This document shows, piece after piece, positions 1 through 12,486 of a stretch of 64,000 bases of DNA; within the stretch, counting starts at the first letter, position 1; every line of letters begins with the position of its first letter. The notes under the pieces were generated by a model. That model worked only from the letters and a program-made list of their open reading frames with translations, was not told the DNA's origin and made no database searches. This stretch comes from Pocillopora damicornis (Eukaryota): positions 310,001 through 374,000 of the forward strand of contig NW_020845389.1 of NCBI RefSeq assembly GCF_003704095.1, in the 5' to 3' direction. The position numbers were made by a program, and so were the translations under genes.

Positions 1-143
1 AGACTTAACAAAAAGCGTCCGACAGGCTCTGCATTATATGATATCTCTGTGTTAACTGATGATGAATTTATTTTGTTAATTGATTTCATCCTAAATTCTT
101 TGTATTCAAGTCTACTTTCACGTCCTCCTAGACAGGCCTAAAT

Positions 144-1687
144 ATGAAAACTCAGCTGGTATGGTGTTTCGCAGTCATCTTCGTTGGCTCCGTGACCGCC
201 AAGTCAATTCATAGTGGTAAGTAAGAATATTTCTCGATAATAAATTGCTCTAGTACACTACACTCATAGTGGAGACGGATTACGACCTACCAAGGTTTTA
301 CGAATCCAGATGCTTAGAGCTGGCGTACATTTATGCAATTCAAAAAATGTATTTTGACTTTCCTAATCCGTTCATCGTTTCTCGTCAAGTAATTAATAAT
401 TAAAGCAATTAAAGTGCCAGGAGACAATCTATCCTTAACCATAGTGGCACTCTTTAGAAATCAAATCAAATCGCGAGGACTCAGCAAAAGGATTATGTGG
501 AATTGTTTTAGCTCAAAGACTTCACTGCCTATCTTTGTAGGCTCACTTGGTATCCAAATGACATATTTGCCAAGTTATGTGAAAGAATTGATTCTTGCGT
601 ACTTTCATCCCGCATTATCCGCTAAAAAAAAATCCGTTTCATCAATACATTTAAATTGATACAAATTCCAGAAAACGTTGTTTTCTCGATATCATGATCG
701 CGTGATAGCTTTAGAGTTTTCCAGTCTAGGAACATCTCATATGTATTATATGAATCTAATCTAAAATTACAAATGCGAACTCTTTTTCATGCCAAAATGA
801 AATTCAAACAATCACGTTTGATCATCTCGACCACTAGCATTAATCTTAGCTCTGAGAATGTCCGTACAAAAAAAACCCAAGATAAAAGGCACAATTTACG
901 TTTCAGGATAAGGTTTGTTTCATTTCATATACATTTTCCACGGTGGAGAAGTATCAAATATGATCAAAAACTAATTGTAAATTATATTTCAGTCGCCAGG
1001 CGATGTGGTTGCACATCTGCTGTTTGTCCACCCCCAGATGCACCTTGTCCTCCTCCACCTGCCCCTCCAGCACCAGTACCACCTGGCCCTCCAGGGCCTC
1101 CCGGACTACCAGGCTCTAACGGATGTCAAGGTCCTCCAGGGATGGCCGGTTGTCCTGGGCTTAAAGGGCCACCAGGCAGTGGAGGGCCACTCGGGCCACC
1201 GGGGCCTATTGGACTTCCCGGTAAACCCGCTCTTCCCGGTCCACCCGGGCCACCTGGCTGCATGGGATTACCTGGCCTCCCTGGATGTGCGGGAATGAAA
1301 GGACCAGCAGGACCAGTTGGGCCGCCAGGCCCGGTAGGACCAGCAGGACCACCTGCCCTCCCAGGCCCTCCTGGACTACCTGGAAAAATAGGCTGTGCTG
1401 GTGCTCCCGGATGCCCCGGTTTCAAAGGCGAGCCCGGAGCGATGGGACCAATAGGACCTCCAGGAGCTCCAGGAAAACCCGCTCTTCCTGGCCCTCCTGG
1501 CCAACCCGGAAGTATGGGACCGCCAGGTCTCCCCGGTTGCAGCGGCATGAAAGGATGCAACGGCAGTCCCGGAGCCCCAGGATTTGTTGGCCCTGCTGGT
1601 CCTCCAGGACCCCCAGGATCTCCGGGTCCACCAGGACCACCTGCTGAGCCACCGTGCGCCCCTTGCGGTGGTGGCTGCTGCGGTTAA
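144..1687 (+). CDS. Gene 1: long minicollagen-like protein (~255 aa), 62-triplet Cys-containing collagen helix with short atypical Cys ends
   Basis: Exons 144-216 ([24 protein letters not shown], signal peptide; donor GTAAGT at 217, phase 1) and 993-1687 (acceptor TTTCAG). The spliced product reads ...HSVARR|[27 protein letters not shown]-(Gly-X-Y)62 with three ALP [27 protein letters not shown]. AATAAA at 1829. Confidence 0.9.
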
Positions 1688-4600
1688 ATTGCGCATGCAG
1701 CCAAAACAGTACGAGTTATTTCAAGAGCGATTATTAAAGCCTTGTTAATGAGAGATGGAAAGGACGATAAGAAGATGTTTTTCACATCAAAATATTCCTT
1801 TATTTTGTAGTGCATGTCACGGTTGAGCAATAAAAAGGATGCTGACCCATTCTCTAAACGTAGTGTCATGACTGTACAGGGGCCGTATGACATTTAAATA
1901 GTAGTCCCACATAATTATAGGCAGTAGGGCTACCTTAAGTTAACTATCCTTACGCCCGATATCCGATTATGTTTTGACCCTTTGCACCCTAATATCAGTG
2001 TGCTTATACATTTCCTACGGTACTTACGAGGATGGTTTTTGAAAATGATCAGCTCCTTAGGAAGGCAATCAGTTTTTCTTTTTTATTTTCAAGACTCAGG
2101 AGTGTTAATGTAAGGAGAAAAGCTAGTCACCTTTAGGGGTTCAAACGTTAAAACACTATGTAAGGGTTTCGTCGTGCAGCAGGCCACTCGCATATCCCTA
2201 TATTGAAATTTCTCAAGAAGTGAGAGAAGTATTTTAAAAAGTAGTTGTAAAAAATTTTCTCTTTCTCCTTTTTTTTTTTTGCTTCCTAGAGAGTCCTCCT
2301 CCTCTCTCGGCAAACGAAAAAAATCGCAAAACACGTCTTGAAGGTCTCCAAAACCATGAATTAATTGCGACAAGCCTCGTTAAATTTACTTTGAAATTCT
2401 TTCTTATAAAATTTTGCCCTTTATTTTTTTTGCTTCAACTAGTAGGGTCTAGATGGCTGCATGCTGGTAAACTTCCTTTTTTCGTTTTTATGGACCTTTC
2501 TTAGCGTCGGTCCCTGAAAACTAGTTATCTTCTTCCATCAATGATATCCATTTATTCTAATAAATGTACCTCACGCTTGGTTAAGGCCACATAATGATAT
2601 TTCGAAACGTTTTCTGTGAAGCATAACATCACCTAGGGTAGAAATCACCGAAAAACTAAAATAATCTAGAGCTAAAGGGGACGGATTAAGGATGCACCTA
2701 GAAAGGGTTAACACGGTTTGGGGGCTGTGTCCAACTCACACAAAAAACGTAAGCTTAACATTTCAGGATACACAAGGCATGAAATAGCTGTTCCGATCCT
2801 CCTCACAGACCACGATATAACTGAGATATACGAAGCACGAATTCACTAGACGAGAAAGAATTTTTGTTCATATCAAATTGAGAGTTGAACTTTTAAATTT
2901 CATCAAATTATCGTTAAAAAATCTAACGCGTTAAAGAATACCAAAAATGCTTTCAACCTTGCTTGTGTTTGACACTGGACCAACAGACAAGAATGCAGTG
3001 ACTTTCCTGCAAAACATATTTCAAAAACTTGCTGTAAAACAAATACACTGAGTATTTCTCTCCTTAACCGAAAAAGAATTCGTGTAATGAGTGCTTGTGT
3101 TCTTGAGATCCACATACAAACATCTCTCTAACAGTGATTTCCTGACTCGAAAAAACGGCTGTCGAATTTCTCAGTCATGGTGGACGGACTACAGTGAATC
3201 ATTAGCAATACCTTTTCTGCACGTCCTCATTCATATACCTACTTCAGTTATTACAGTGGTAGTACATGGTAAAATTTATTAAACGAACGAACAAACAGAG
3301 TAGTTTTCTTTAAAATCACTTTTGATTTTCGAGAGGTAAGCATCAAGACACCTCAAAACATAGTTGAATCTATAAAATACAATACATATATTTTGTTAAA
3401 AAGCTTGAGGCTTCCTATGCGCATATTTAAACATATTTATGGAACCATGTTGTTCCATAGTCATTGCACATCTATATCTGAGCGTAAAATGTCTCTCAGC
3501 GAGCACAAATCTTGGACAATGGGAGGCCTTACTGGGAGATTAGGAACCAACAGCAGACATCTGAATTCTTTCATTTACAATTTAACAAGTTTGACACATT
3601 TAAAAAATAAAAAGAAACAAGCAAACTCTGTGTTTGACGAGTTGTTTCAATCGTGTCACCCTATTTCTTAGGTGATAAAAGTTTTTATCACATGAAAATC
3701 TGCTTAAGGTCAGAATTTCTTTTAACAGCTCCTTTAAAAATTGGCTTGAAGTGGAAAATAACTTTGGGATGGCGTAAAGAAGCATTAATCAGCTAGCCGA
3801 AGCGTGAAACTTTGATAAATAAACTGTGCCAGAATCATTGGAACTCATCAGGATTACCTGTAATTACCAAGTGAAGAATAAAAGCACAACCTGCCCAAAT
3901 ATTTACCTTAGCTTTTCTCCTACTAATTTTCCTCTGTAAAATGAGTTGTAATCTTAACTGATGGTTTAATTTCTGTTTCACTTTCCTTATATTAGTGGTT
4001 CTTTTCATAATTACGAGGTTTAATTTTCACTTAATCCTATCATGTTACAGGTGAAGTATTTGTTAAGCAGCATTTAACTTGTCTTTAAGGCCAAATGGCA
4101 AAATGTGCCTCGCATTTAAAAAAACACATTATCTTAAATCTGTTTGCAAACGGCCATGTAATAGAGTGTCTTTAACATTTGTAACTCATCATTTTCCCGC
4201 ACTTAGATTTTTACAAACAAAACTCTAACACTATCCATAATATTTAAAACGAGAATAAAATAGCACACAATAGACCCAAGTCAAGCGTGACAAAGTGGGC
4301 TTGACACATTACTATTTAAACCACTGCCCATTTTAGTGACACCAAACGAGTTATTTTGCAACCTAACGTCACCTGCTCGTTATGAAGTTGTTGACCAATC
4401 AGAACCCAACACCACCAACTTAGCCATTTAAAATTAATCACTTTCATGTCGGTAAATACTACTAGCGCATCAAAGTAGGTCACATTTTAACCGACTTTAC
4501 AGGATAGGAGAATCGGTGAGTCTTACATTTATATGTTGCATAGTTTGAAACCAAGATTTTCACAGATTCACTGAGAATTTTGATGGATGTTTCCTGTCAT

Positions 4601-4895
4601 AAAGACTAAGCTATTTAAGAGTAGTCACAACATTATTATTTTGTCTATGTTATCTTGTTGATTTTTTTTAACATGACCGCGGTTCCATTTGATCTATAAC
4701 ATGATCGAATTCCTGAGATCGATTACCCTAAATCAAACACTTTCAAAGTTCAAAATGCTCCTTGTCGACCTTTTTCTAATATTCTTTTAGAACTACATCG
4801 CTGTGACTCTTCTTCCAATATTTCTAACTTAAACTTATGAGAAATAGCTGAGGATACAGCCTTACTTCATCTATTTCATTATTATTTTAGGTAAG

Positions 4896-6360
4896 ATGAA
4901 TTCCAAGATAATATTTTTATTTGTTCTTGCCTTCGTCTGCTACGCACATGCTAGGTCGACAAAAGGTAAGTTCGCTAGTTTATTTTGTAAAGTTTGAATT
5001 AGGTCAAACGTGAAACATAATAGCTTTGATAAAAAACAATTAAGATGTTTATGTTAAGATAATAAATCTCTGCCAAACTTTTGCAAGTCAAAATCATCAG
5101 CTTGTGCAACAGATTTTCGAAGTAAGAACCACGAATGCCTAATATTGAGAAAAATTATTCCACCAATTTTCGTCAAACTGTGTAATCTATTTTAGACCTT
5201 TGTATGGGATGATTGTCTAAGAAAAGTGACTTACTTAACACAACGCACACCAGGTGGCATCAAATCGAAAAGAAAACCAGTTCTATCACCGAATACAATC
5301 CTAAATATAATTTAAGTTCGTTTCCTGCCAGTTTGAACTAAATTTTTCGACCCGATGATCTGAACCAATGAGAATTAATAATTTTAATGTAATTGGAACG
5401 ATTGATGATTGTCATATTTCAGGACAGGAAGCAGCTTAGGAAGAAGTTCATTAATCTCGGCAGAGTTTTACTTATCGAGTTTATGGCCATTATCCTTTCG
5501 TATCATGAACCTTTTTTTTTTTTCATCTTCTTCCGACGATTTAGACCGTAAAATTAGTTGATACCCGCCTGTCATAGCGAAATCATGTTAGCAGGTGGTA
5601 CTTTTCTCAACAGCTTCTTTGGATTGAATCAATTGATTTTCATTTGCCTTTCTACGACGAGGTAGCCTTTTACATTGCAACGTATTCAAGTGAGGAAGAT
5701 TTCACTTCCATTTACCCTTCCTATTCATTTACTCCTCTTAGTCATATGAATTCAATTTAAAATGGAAACCTAAGTTACTTTATTATTTTCTGGAATATGT
5801 GTTTACTAATAAGTGTGGATGCAGGTGGTCATTCAACTGTAGAGTGACTGGTGAGTTAAAAAGGCAGTGCTGTCACTGGAGTAGGGTTATAACGTTTCAC
5901 GATGCTTGGGCGAAAGGTGCAATATTTTTTCTTTTGCACTCTCTTTATTTCAACAGGCACCAAACGTTGTTGTCCCTGTTGTCCACCTCCTCCACCACCA
6001 CCACCACCAGTTCAACAGGTCGCTGGACCACAGGGACCACCCGGACAATCTGGATGTTCTGGTCCCCCAGGAGCTCCCGGATGCCCAGGATGGAAAGGAT
6101 GCCCAGGACCAGTCGGTCTCCCAGGACCTCCTGGTGCCCCTGGACCTCTCGGACCAATAGGACCAATGGGACCTAAAGGATGCGCTGGAAGCCCAGGCCT
6201 CCCCGGTTGCCCCGGACTCAAAGGATGCCCAGGATGTGCCGGTCCACCAGGACCTCCAGGAGCTCCTGGACCTCAGGGAGTTCCCGGAGCCGCTGCCCCA
6301 GTCCCATGCCCACCTCCACCACCTACTCCATGCTGCCCTGCTCCCGCATGCTGCAAGTAA
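4896..6360 (+). CDS. Gene 2: minicollagen-like protein (~157 aa), 30 Gly-X-Y triplets, CCPCC and CCPAPACC termini
   Basis: Exons 4896-4965 ([23 protein letters not shown]; phase-1 donor 4966) and 5957-6360. Product: ...STKGTKR|CCPCC-polyPro-(GXY)30[21 protein letters not shown]. Probable 5'UTR exon donor GTGAGT at 4516. AATAAA at 6384. Confidence 0.92.
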
Positions 6361-8770
6361 TTGGTTCCTTTATAGATTGAAGGAATAAAAACGATCGACA
6401 CGAACTTTTAATAAACTTCACTTTTTAAATCACAACAAAAACTGTCAGTGATTATTTTACCTCACGAGAACATTTCTAAAATAATGTCATCACTAGAAAG
6501 CTTAGTATACCTCAGCTACTACAAAATGAATAGAATACATGCGTGAGTTTCCTCCCCGACTGCCAGAGATAAATATTGAACATCGGCTAAATAGAGCTCA
6601 CGCTGCTTTTTCTTTCAAATCATATGTTATGATCCCTTTGAGTGCATACTTTAAGAGGAAAAGTCCACATTTTGCTCCAGAAAATTCAGTAATACTTATT
6701 TTCATTTACTTCGTGAGGCACAAGAAGACGCCAAAAGGGCACGGGAAACCACATCATTTGCACAAGTAAACCAAGAGAAGCAAAGAGTTAGACAATTACA
6801 TTAAAAAAAAAAGGTTTGATTGTTTTAAAGCTTTTTAATCATGAGATGAACAAGTATCACTTTTCTTTTCCTTTTTCGCGAGCATACACTCTTGGACTAA
6901 TTGGGTTTTTTGTTTTACCTTTCAGTGTTTTACTTAAAAAAAAAAACAGTTGAACAGCAAATGCATGCTGTAGAACTTGAATTCTGGGGAAAAAACACGG
7001 CAGCAAGGATGTAAAACACGATGTCTGAGTACAGTTAATAAACAAAGGAAAAATGAGACTTCGAGTTCTTCCTAAAATATATCGACATGTCGGCATTCAT
7101 CTGTCAAAAGACTCCAAATTTATGTTGCTCCTGGATTCATATGATAGTGAATCTCATTGCCTTCAATTTTCATGGCTCTTTGGCCTTTCAGTATCATTGT
7201 TGCAGGTATTCTGTCTCGCCTTAATGCATCTATCGTTTCACATTTCACCCATGTAAAATAATCTAAAAGGGCTCTTCCTTTCTAATAAAGCAGGCTAGGT
7301 TATAAATTTTCAAGTCAACTCCACCTGTGGGTTCCAATAATAAGGCACCTGTGAACTACACCTTAATCAACTCCGCTGTGCACAGAACCGGCTAAATCCT
7401 GTTACTTCAGGGTACCCAATTCACATCGCATAACTTGCATAGGAAAACTACACAGAACTAAGTATAAGGGAACCCTCTTTCTCTCATCATGTAACTCTCA
7501 AAATATTTCCTGTGTCACAATAAAGAAAAACCCAATTATATATTGATCAAGTGTTATTACTTATTAACTGGTCATTTTAATGAATTAAAATTCCTTTAAA
7601 AAACAACGCCGGTGTTAAGATCTGCACCACATTGCTTAGTAAACCCTGATTGAAAATACTCAACCGTAAGCCGTTGAAAAGCTGAAAATCGAATCCTTGA
7701 TAATGGACAGCATATAGTTTTCAACGCAAATTTCTGTGCACCCTACCCTCTTCCCCGCTCCCTTGCAATTGAAAGCCATCTTAGAATTTTCATAACCGTT
7801 CTTGCTCGAGTAAGTACCCTAAGTGTTAAATTCCAGAAGGAATTTAGAGTAAAGTGTTCGCGATTTTTCTGACCATTTCACCTTACCTTACGAGGGGCTC
7901 TAGTATTAACTTCAGCACTCCAATTTGGAATTTATTGTTACTCGGCGTTTAATGAAAAAATTATGGCTGGGAAATTTCCCAAAATCAGCCCTTTATGTAG
8001 GAGGAAATATTTTCTGGAGCATATCGAACAAAGGTTCTATCGGAAACTTTTCTATAACCCTTGCATGATTGGCTAAAAGAAAAAATCATGAATTTGCTAA
8101 ACTAAACAGTTTGAATATTTCATCGTCTGTAATTGATCCACTGGTTGATTCACTTGAAAATATGTTCAGTGCATTAGCTCCTATGGCAACCAATATATTT
8201 CATCCTAAGTATGAACTCTTGAGCCAATCAAATTTTGATAACTGTTTTGGTAATGGCCATTACGTAATCAAATAAAAGCAACAGCAAATACTTTTAACTC
8301 ACCGAAGAAGTAGTAATTTAAGTCAGTGGTAGAGTCAAAGTCAGTTGTTATACAGCCTTAGCAGGAAAAAGAAAGCTGGTGAGTATAGTCTTTTTAATTT
8401 TATCTCCTTAAGTTTCTTTTTCAATTCATTTCATCTATAATCTTCTGTAGCATCGAAGAGAAGTATTCGGGACATATTTTTTTTAATTGAAGTTTGCGAT
8501 TTTCGAAACTACCTAACATGCTTATTTTACTTTCCACAACACCGATCTATAATAAATTCGATTTCCTTTCATAGTTTACTAAACTTGAACCACTTTCCAA
8601 AATACTTTGAATTCCTTTTCTTCGCTGTTTGTTACTCTTTTAATTATTTGCCTTCCTTGTTATTTTCTCGTGACCACCGAGTCTGAGAACCTATTCTAAG
8701 GACCCTTTTCGATTTAAAGAGGGGTTATATCCAATACAATCAGCTAATGGTTTTCTTGTTTGCAGGTAAG

Positions 8771-9858
8771 ATGAATTGCAATTTACTGACTGTTTTACTC
8801 GTCGCATTAGTGGGCTGTGCACAGGCAAGATCGACAAAAAGTAAGAGTTCCCATTCTGACTGTGTGAGTGTTTAACGTGTCAACCATGTCGTTGAAAGAG
8901 AACCACTGATCAAAAAAATTCCAGTCACTAGACAGGGACTGGAGAGTAACAATTATCAAAAGGGAGAATAACCTTGAAAGCTTTCAAAACCGACATTGAG
9001 CTTCTCGACATATTTACAGAGCTACATGCCGTAATAGAAATTTATTACTTCTCGTCAAAACTATGTGATGACGTTGGCAGGTGCCAATGTCGAATTTCCT
9101 TTTTATTCTTAATATGTTCCTCCTGATTTTAAACCAAAGTTTTAAAATTTGGTTTGAAACATTTTTTTACACTGGAATGAGAACGATCCTAATGATCACA
9201 TTCCAAGCTCTCACTTTTTCAAATTTAGTCATAAAAATATATAAATTACTTGGAATAAAATCATTATGAAATTGTTCAAGTTTCAACTATTTTATAATGC
9301 ATCTGGCCTATCCTGTCCAATTTTCCTTCATAAACAACCCGTTATTAGGTACTTTCCCCGTCGAGGATAAATTTCTGCTGAAAATAAGATTATCTTTACC
9401 AAATCTATCAATCGCTGCCATGTATCAAGCGAAAAGCTAATTCTTTAAACGATATTTCATCAGATGCAAAAAGCTGTTGCCCGTGTTGCCCACCTCCTCC
9501 ACCGCCAATGATGCCACAGATACCGGCGCAACAGGGATGTGGTGAGCCCCCACGAGGTGTCGGATGTGCGCCACCCTTGCAAGCTCCCTGCCCTCCTGGA
9601 CCACCGATAGGAATGCCCCCAGCAGCACCCCCGTGCATGCCAATGGCACAACCAATGGCACTACCACCATTAACTATGGGACAAATTGGTTGTCCTGAGA
9701 GTCCTCGTCAAGGATGTATTGGTCTCCCTCCTGCATCACCCCCATGCTCACCTCCACTTCGTGCACCACCAGCACCATGCCCACCTCCTCGAGCCCCTCC
9801 TTCTTCAAAATGCTGCCCTGCCCCGGCATGCTGCAAAAAATCGCACAAATCACATTAA
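8771..9858 (+). CDS. Gene 3: paralog of gene 2 without a Gly-X-Y register; Pro/Cys-rich secreted protein (~154 aa)
   Basis: Exons 8771-8840 (MNCNLLTVLLVALVGCAQARSTK; donor 8841) and 9464-9858. It shares with gene 2 the 'AG GTAAG ATG AAT T' start context, the 70-nt exon, ARSTK, and the [11 protein letters not shown] and CCPAPACCK ends. The frame is open throughout. Confidence 0.85.
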
Positions 9859-11001
9859 TTTGTCACAGATCAATAATGTACCGTCTTTGACTTCTTGAAA
9901 TAAATATTACAATTAGATCAGACCAGGATTGGAATGCGTGAAAGACTTAACCACTGACCAATACTTTAGGGTTCCTCTAATACTTTTTCGCTATACAGAA
10001 CAGACAGAACCACAAAAGGTGCAATCCTGGCCGAAACGTTCGGAACACTGGTAAATAAATTCCTTGCATTCCCCCTTCTCCTTTGATCTAGCCACATTGG
10101 AAGTCAGATGTTTCTTTAAAATCACGAATAGGATATTAACTTCAGCATTGTCCAATGGGTTTGTGAGTAAAATCTTGGCGAGTTTGTTTTCAGTTACAAC
10201 TGAAAATGAACGAGCTTGTCCATTATATACGAGTAGGACAATGTTCGAGAAAGGGGAGCGTTCCCAAACGTTTAGGCAGGATTATTTCATTTGCATTTGC
10301 CAAATGCATGACTCAAAAATAGTTGAAGTCGTAACTTGCTCTAAAAAAAGGGGAACTAAAAGGGTTCCGAAGCGATCCAATCCGAAGGCTCATAGCTTAT
10401 GCACAATGTTAAGAACGTTGGAGACAACAACGGAAAATTTTCAAATTTAACCCAAATGAGTTTACTCTGTTTAAATATTGGCATTCGAGGGGGGTATAAT
10501 TCGCAGATTTAAAACATACCCCTTGAACGTAACTGATTAGCGTTCTCTGCTTCCCATTGCAATTAACCTCACTACTTGATGTATGAAATGGACATGAATA
10601 CGATTATAATTGAACAACGGCAGTTCTTTTATCTTTACGAGAAACTATAATTGATTCAATCTTTTTTTCAAGCTTTTGCTTTTATCTGCCTCTTAATCAC
10701 ATGCAACAGTCCCTAAGAGAATTTACGACGATCATAACTCGTGAAACTGGATACAGGGAAATCGTTGAGAAGAGCACTCGACGTAATCATTTTTATACTC
10801 ACAAAATCGCGCTTGGAGCATCTCTTAGCTAAGACACCAAAAACAGCGTGTCTTAAGCCAAAACGTTCTGTTTGGATTACAGAAGTCATGAGCTATAAAA
10901 CACTCTAACTTTACAGTCAAAATCTAAACTAAGGAAACTTACATGTACATAGTGATGATAATGCGGTCTTCAGGGTGAAGGTTGTTGTTGATTGTGAAGT
11001 T

Positions 11002-11144
11002 GGATCAATATCAGTATTTGAGCAACTGCGCACCAACCTCCCCTCCCGCCTCCTACCCAACATTAAACCTTACCTTTTGTCAGTTAACTGTTGTTGAATT
11101 GGGGAAGGGTAGGTGAGCAAATGCTAAGATATTGACATTGATCC
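11002..11144. mobile_element. Older, diverged copy of the same MITE family upstream of gene 4
   Basis: GGATCAATATCAGTATTTGAGCAACTG ... GATATTGACATTGATCC. The flanks GTGAAGTT and GAGAGGTT match at 6/8 positions (decayed TSD). Confidence 0.8.
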
Positions 11145-11459
11145 GAGAGGTTGACACAAACTTAAGAGATAAACTCTGTAGAACACCAGTTATGTTTATG
11201 AACAGAGGTGTTCAACAGATAGCGTCAGACTTTTCAATTTTCACTAACAGGTAAAACAATGCAAGATAGTTGAAAACGTTTATTTCACCTCTGTTAGGAA
11301 AACACGTAGACAGGAGGAAGTTGGCAAACTTCCAGAAAGGTGGAATTATGATATTATACCGACTTCTTTCTTGAAAGTTTTACTTTTTAATTTCTGCAGC
11401 TATTCCTTGGTAGTACTAATGATTGTTTCCTATTTCCTTTAATAGGTCGCTCAAACAAA

Positions 11460-12486
11460 ATGGACTTTAAAATTATAGTTTTGGTGGTGCTGATATCTGT
11501 GGTTTATGTCTCCGAAGGGAAACCATATGAAGAATTCCGTAAGTTGCTTTGTCTTTTTAAAAGAATCATCTTTTAGTCCAAGTTTAAGTCGTGAAGTACC
11601 AGCAGTATCTAAAATCTCTTTATTCCACGATGCATCACCTATCAAAAACGTTTTCAGAACGAACTTAAAATTACCTGTCAACTCTAGTAAATCTCACACT
11701 CAACCAGTAGTTTGAAATTGACGAAAGTAGGAAAGAAAATTTATGTAAAATCAGAAATTGGTATTTGTAAAATCTTCAATATTTTGGTAACACAACACTA
11801 TAATAACGAGCAAAGATGCTCCCATTTCCCTATGAAGTTCCATAAGTTATATTGATACTTGACAAAGACACCTGTTTGTAGTAAGCATCGTAGAGAAAGC
11901 ATTTTCAACTTTTCATTCACAGAGATAACTATATTAAAGTGATCAGAGTTTTCCCTATATGTTCCCGTTAGTTCCTAACTGCGAGAACAGTCTTCCTCAT
12001 AAAAAGTGTCGCCAAAATCCGCAAAAGAAGAAAGCTGCTTTCGAATCAAACTTACTTTTCTCTTTTGCTCCACTTATACTTACGCTGGGTTTTTTTATTA
12101 AATCCGGGGGAGAAATCATTATATCTTTGTTCATAAAAATTTAGTTCTATACCATAAAACTAATAAACTTTTATTGCATTTTTTCAGTCAACAAGGTCTT
12201 AAGAAGTAATCCACTGCCTTGTTCTCGGTCCTGTTGTGAAAAGTGTTGCACAAACGTTTGTAGAAGAGACTGTATATTTTCGTGTTGTGCAGCCCGTCCA
12301 CTCGGCCCATACCCACCTCCCCCTGCACCGCCTCCCCCATACCCAGCCCCAACACCACAGCTCATCCCCGGACCGCCAGGATTCGCAGGAATTTGTGGAT
12401 TGCCAGGACCTCATGGACCTAGAGGATGCCCCGGCTGCGTTGGACCACCAGGACCACCCGGACCTCCGGGACCCCCGGGACGCTAA
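11460..12486 (+). CDS. Gene 4: minicollagen-like protein (~125 aa) with an expanded 9-Cys N-terminal domain, 12 Gly-X-Y and no C-terminal CRD
   Basis: Exons 11460-11538 (MDFKIIVLVVLISVVYVSEGKPYEEF; donor GTAAGT 11539) and 12188-12486 (LNKVLRSNPLPCSRSCCEKCCTNVCRRDCIFSCC-Pro-rich-GPPGFAGICGLPGPHGPRGCPGCV(GPP)4GR*). The coding frame is absent from the ORF track because this exon has no in-frame start codon near its 5' end. Confidence 0.88.

Noticed and set aside
773-992. N-terminal ~73 aa of ORF 773..1687
   Set aside because: Intron read-through. The true N-terminus is the signal exon at 144-216, spliced at the AG at 991-992.
1126-1560. Minus-strand Gly/Pro-rich ORFs opposite the collagen and polyPro exons (also 6012-6221, 17942-18220, 23222-23521, 54775-55089)
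   Set aside because: Antisense shadows of GGN/CCN codon repeats, with no signal peptide or splice support.
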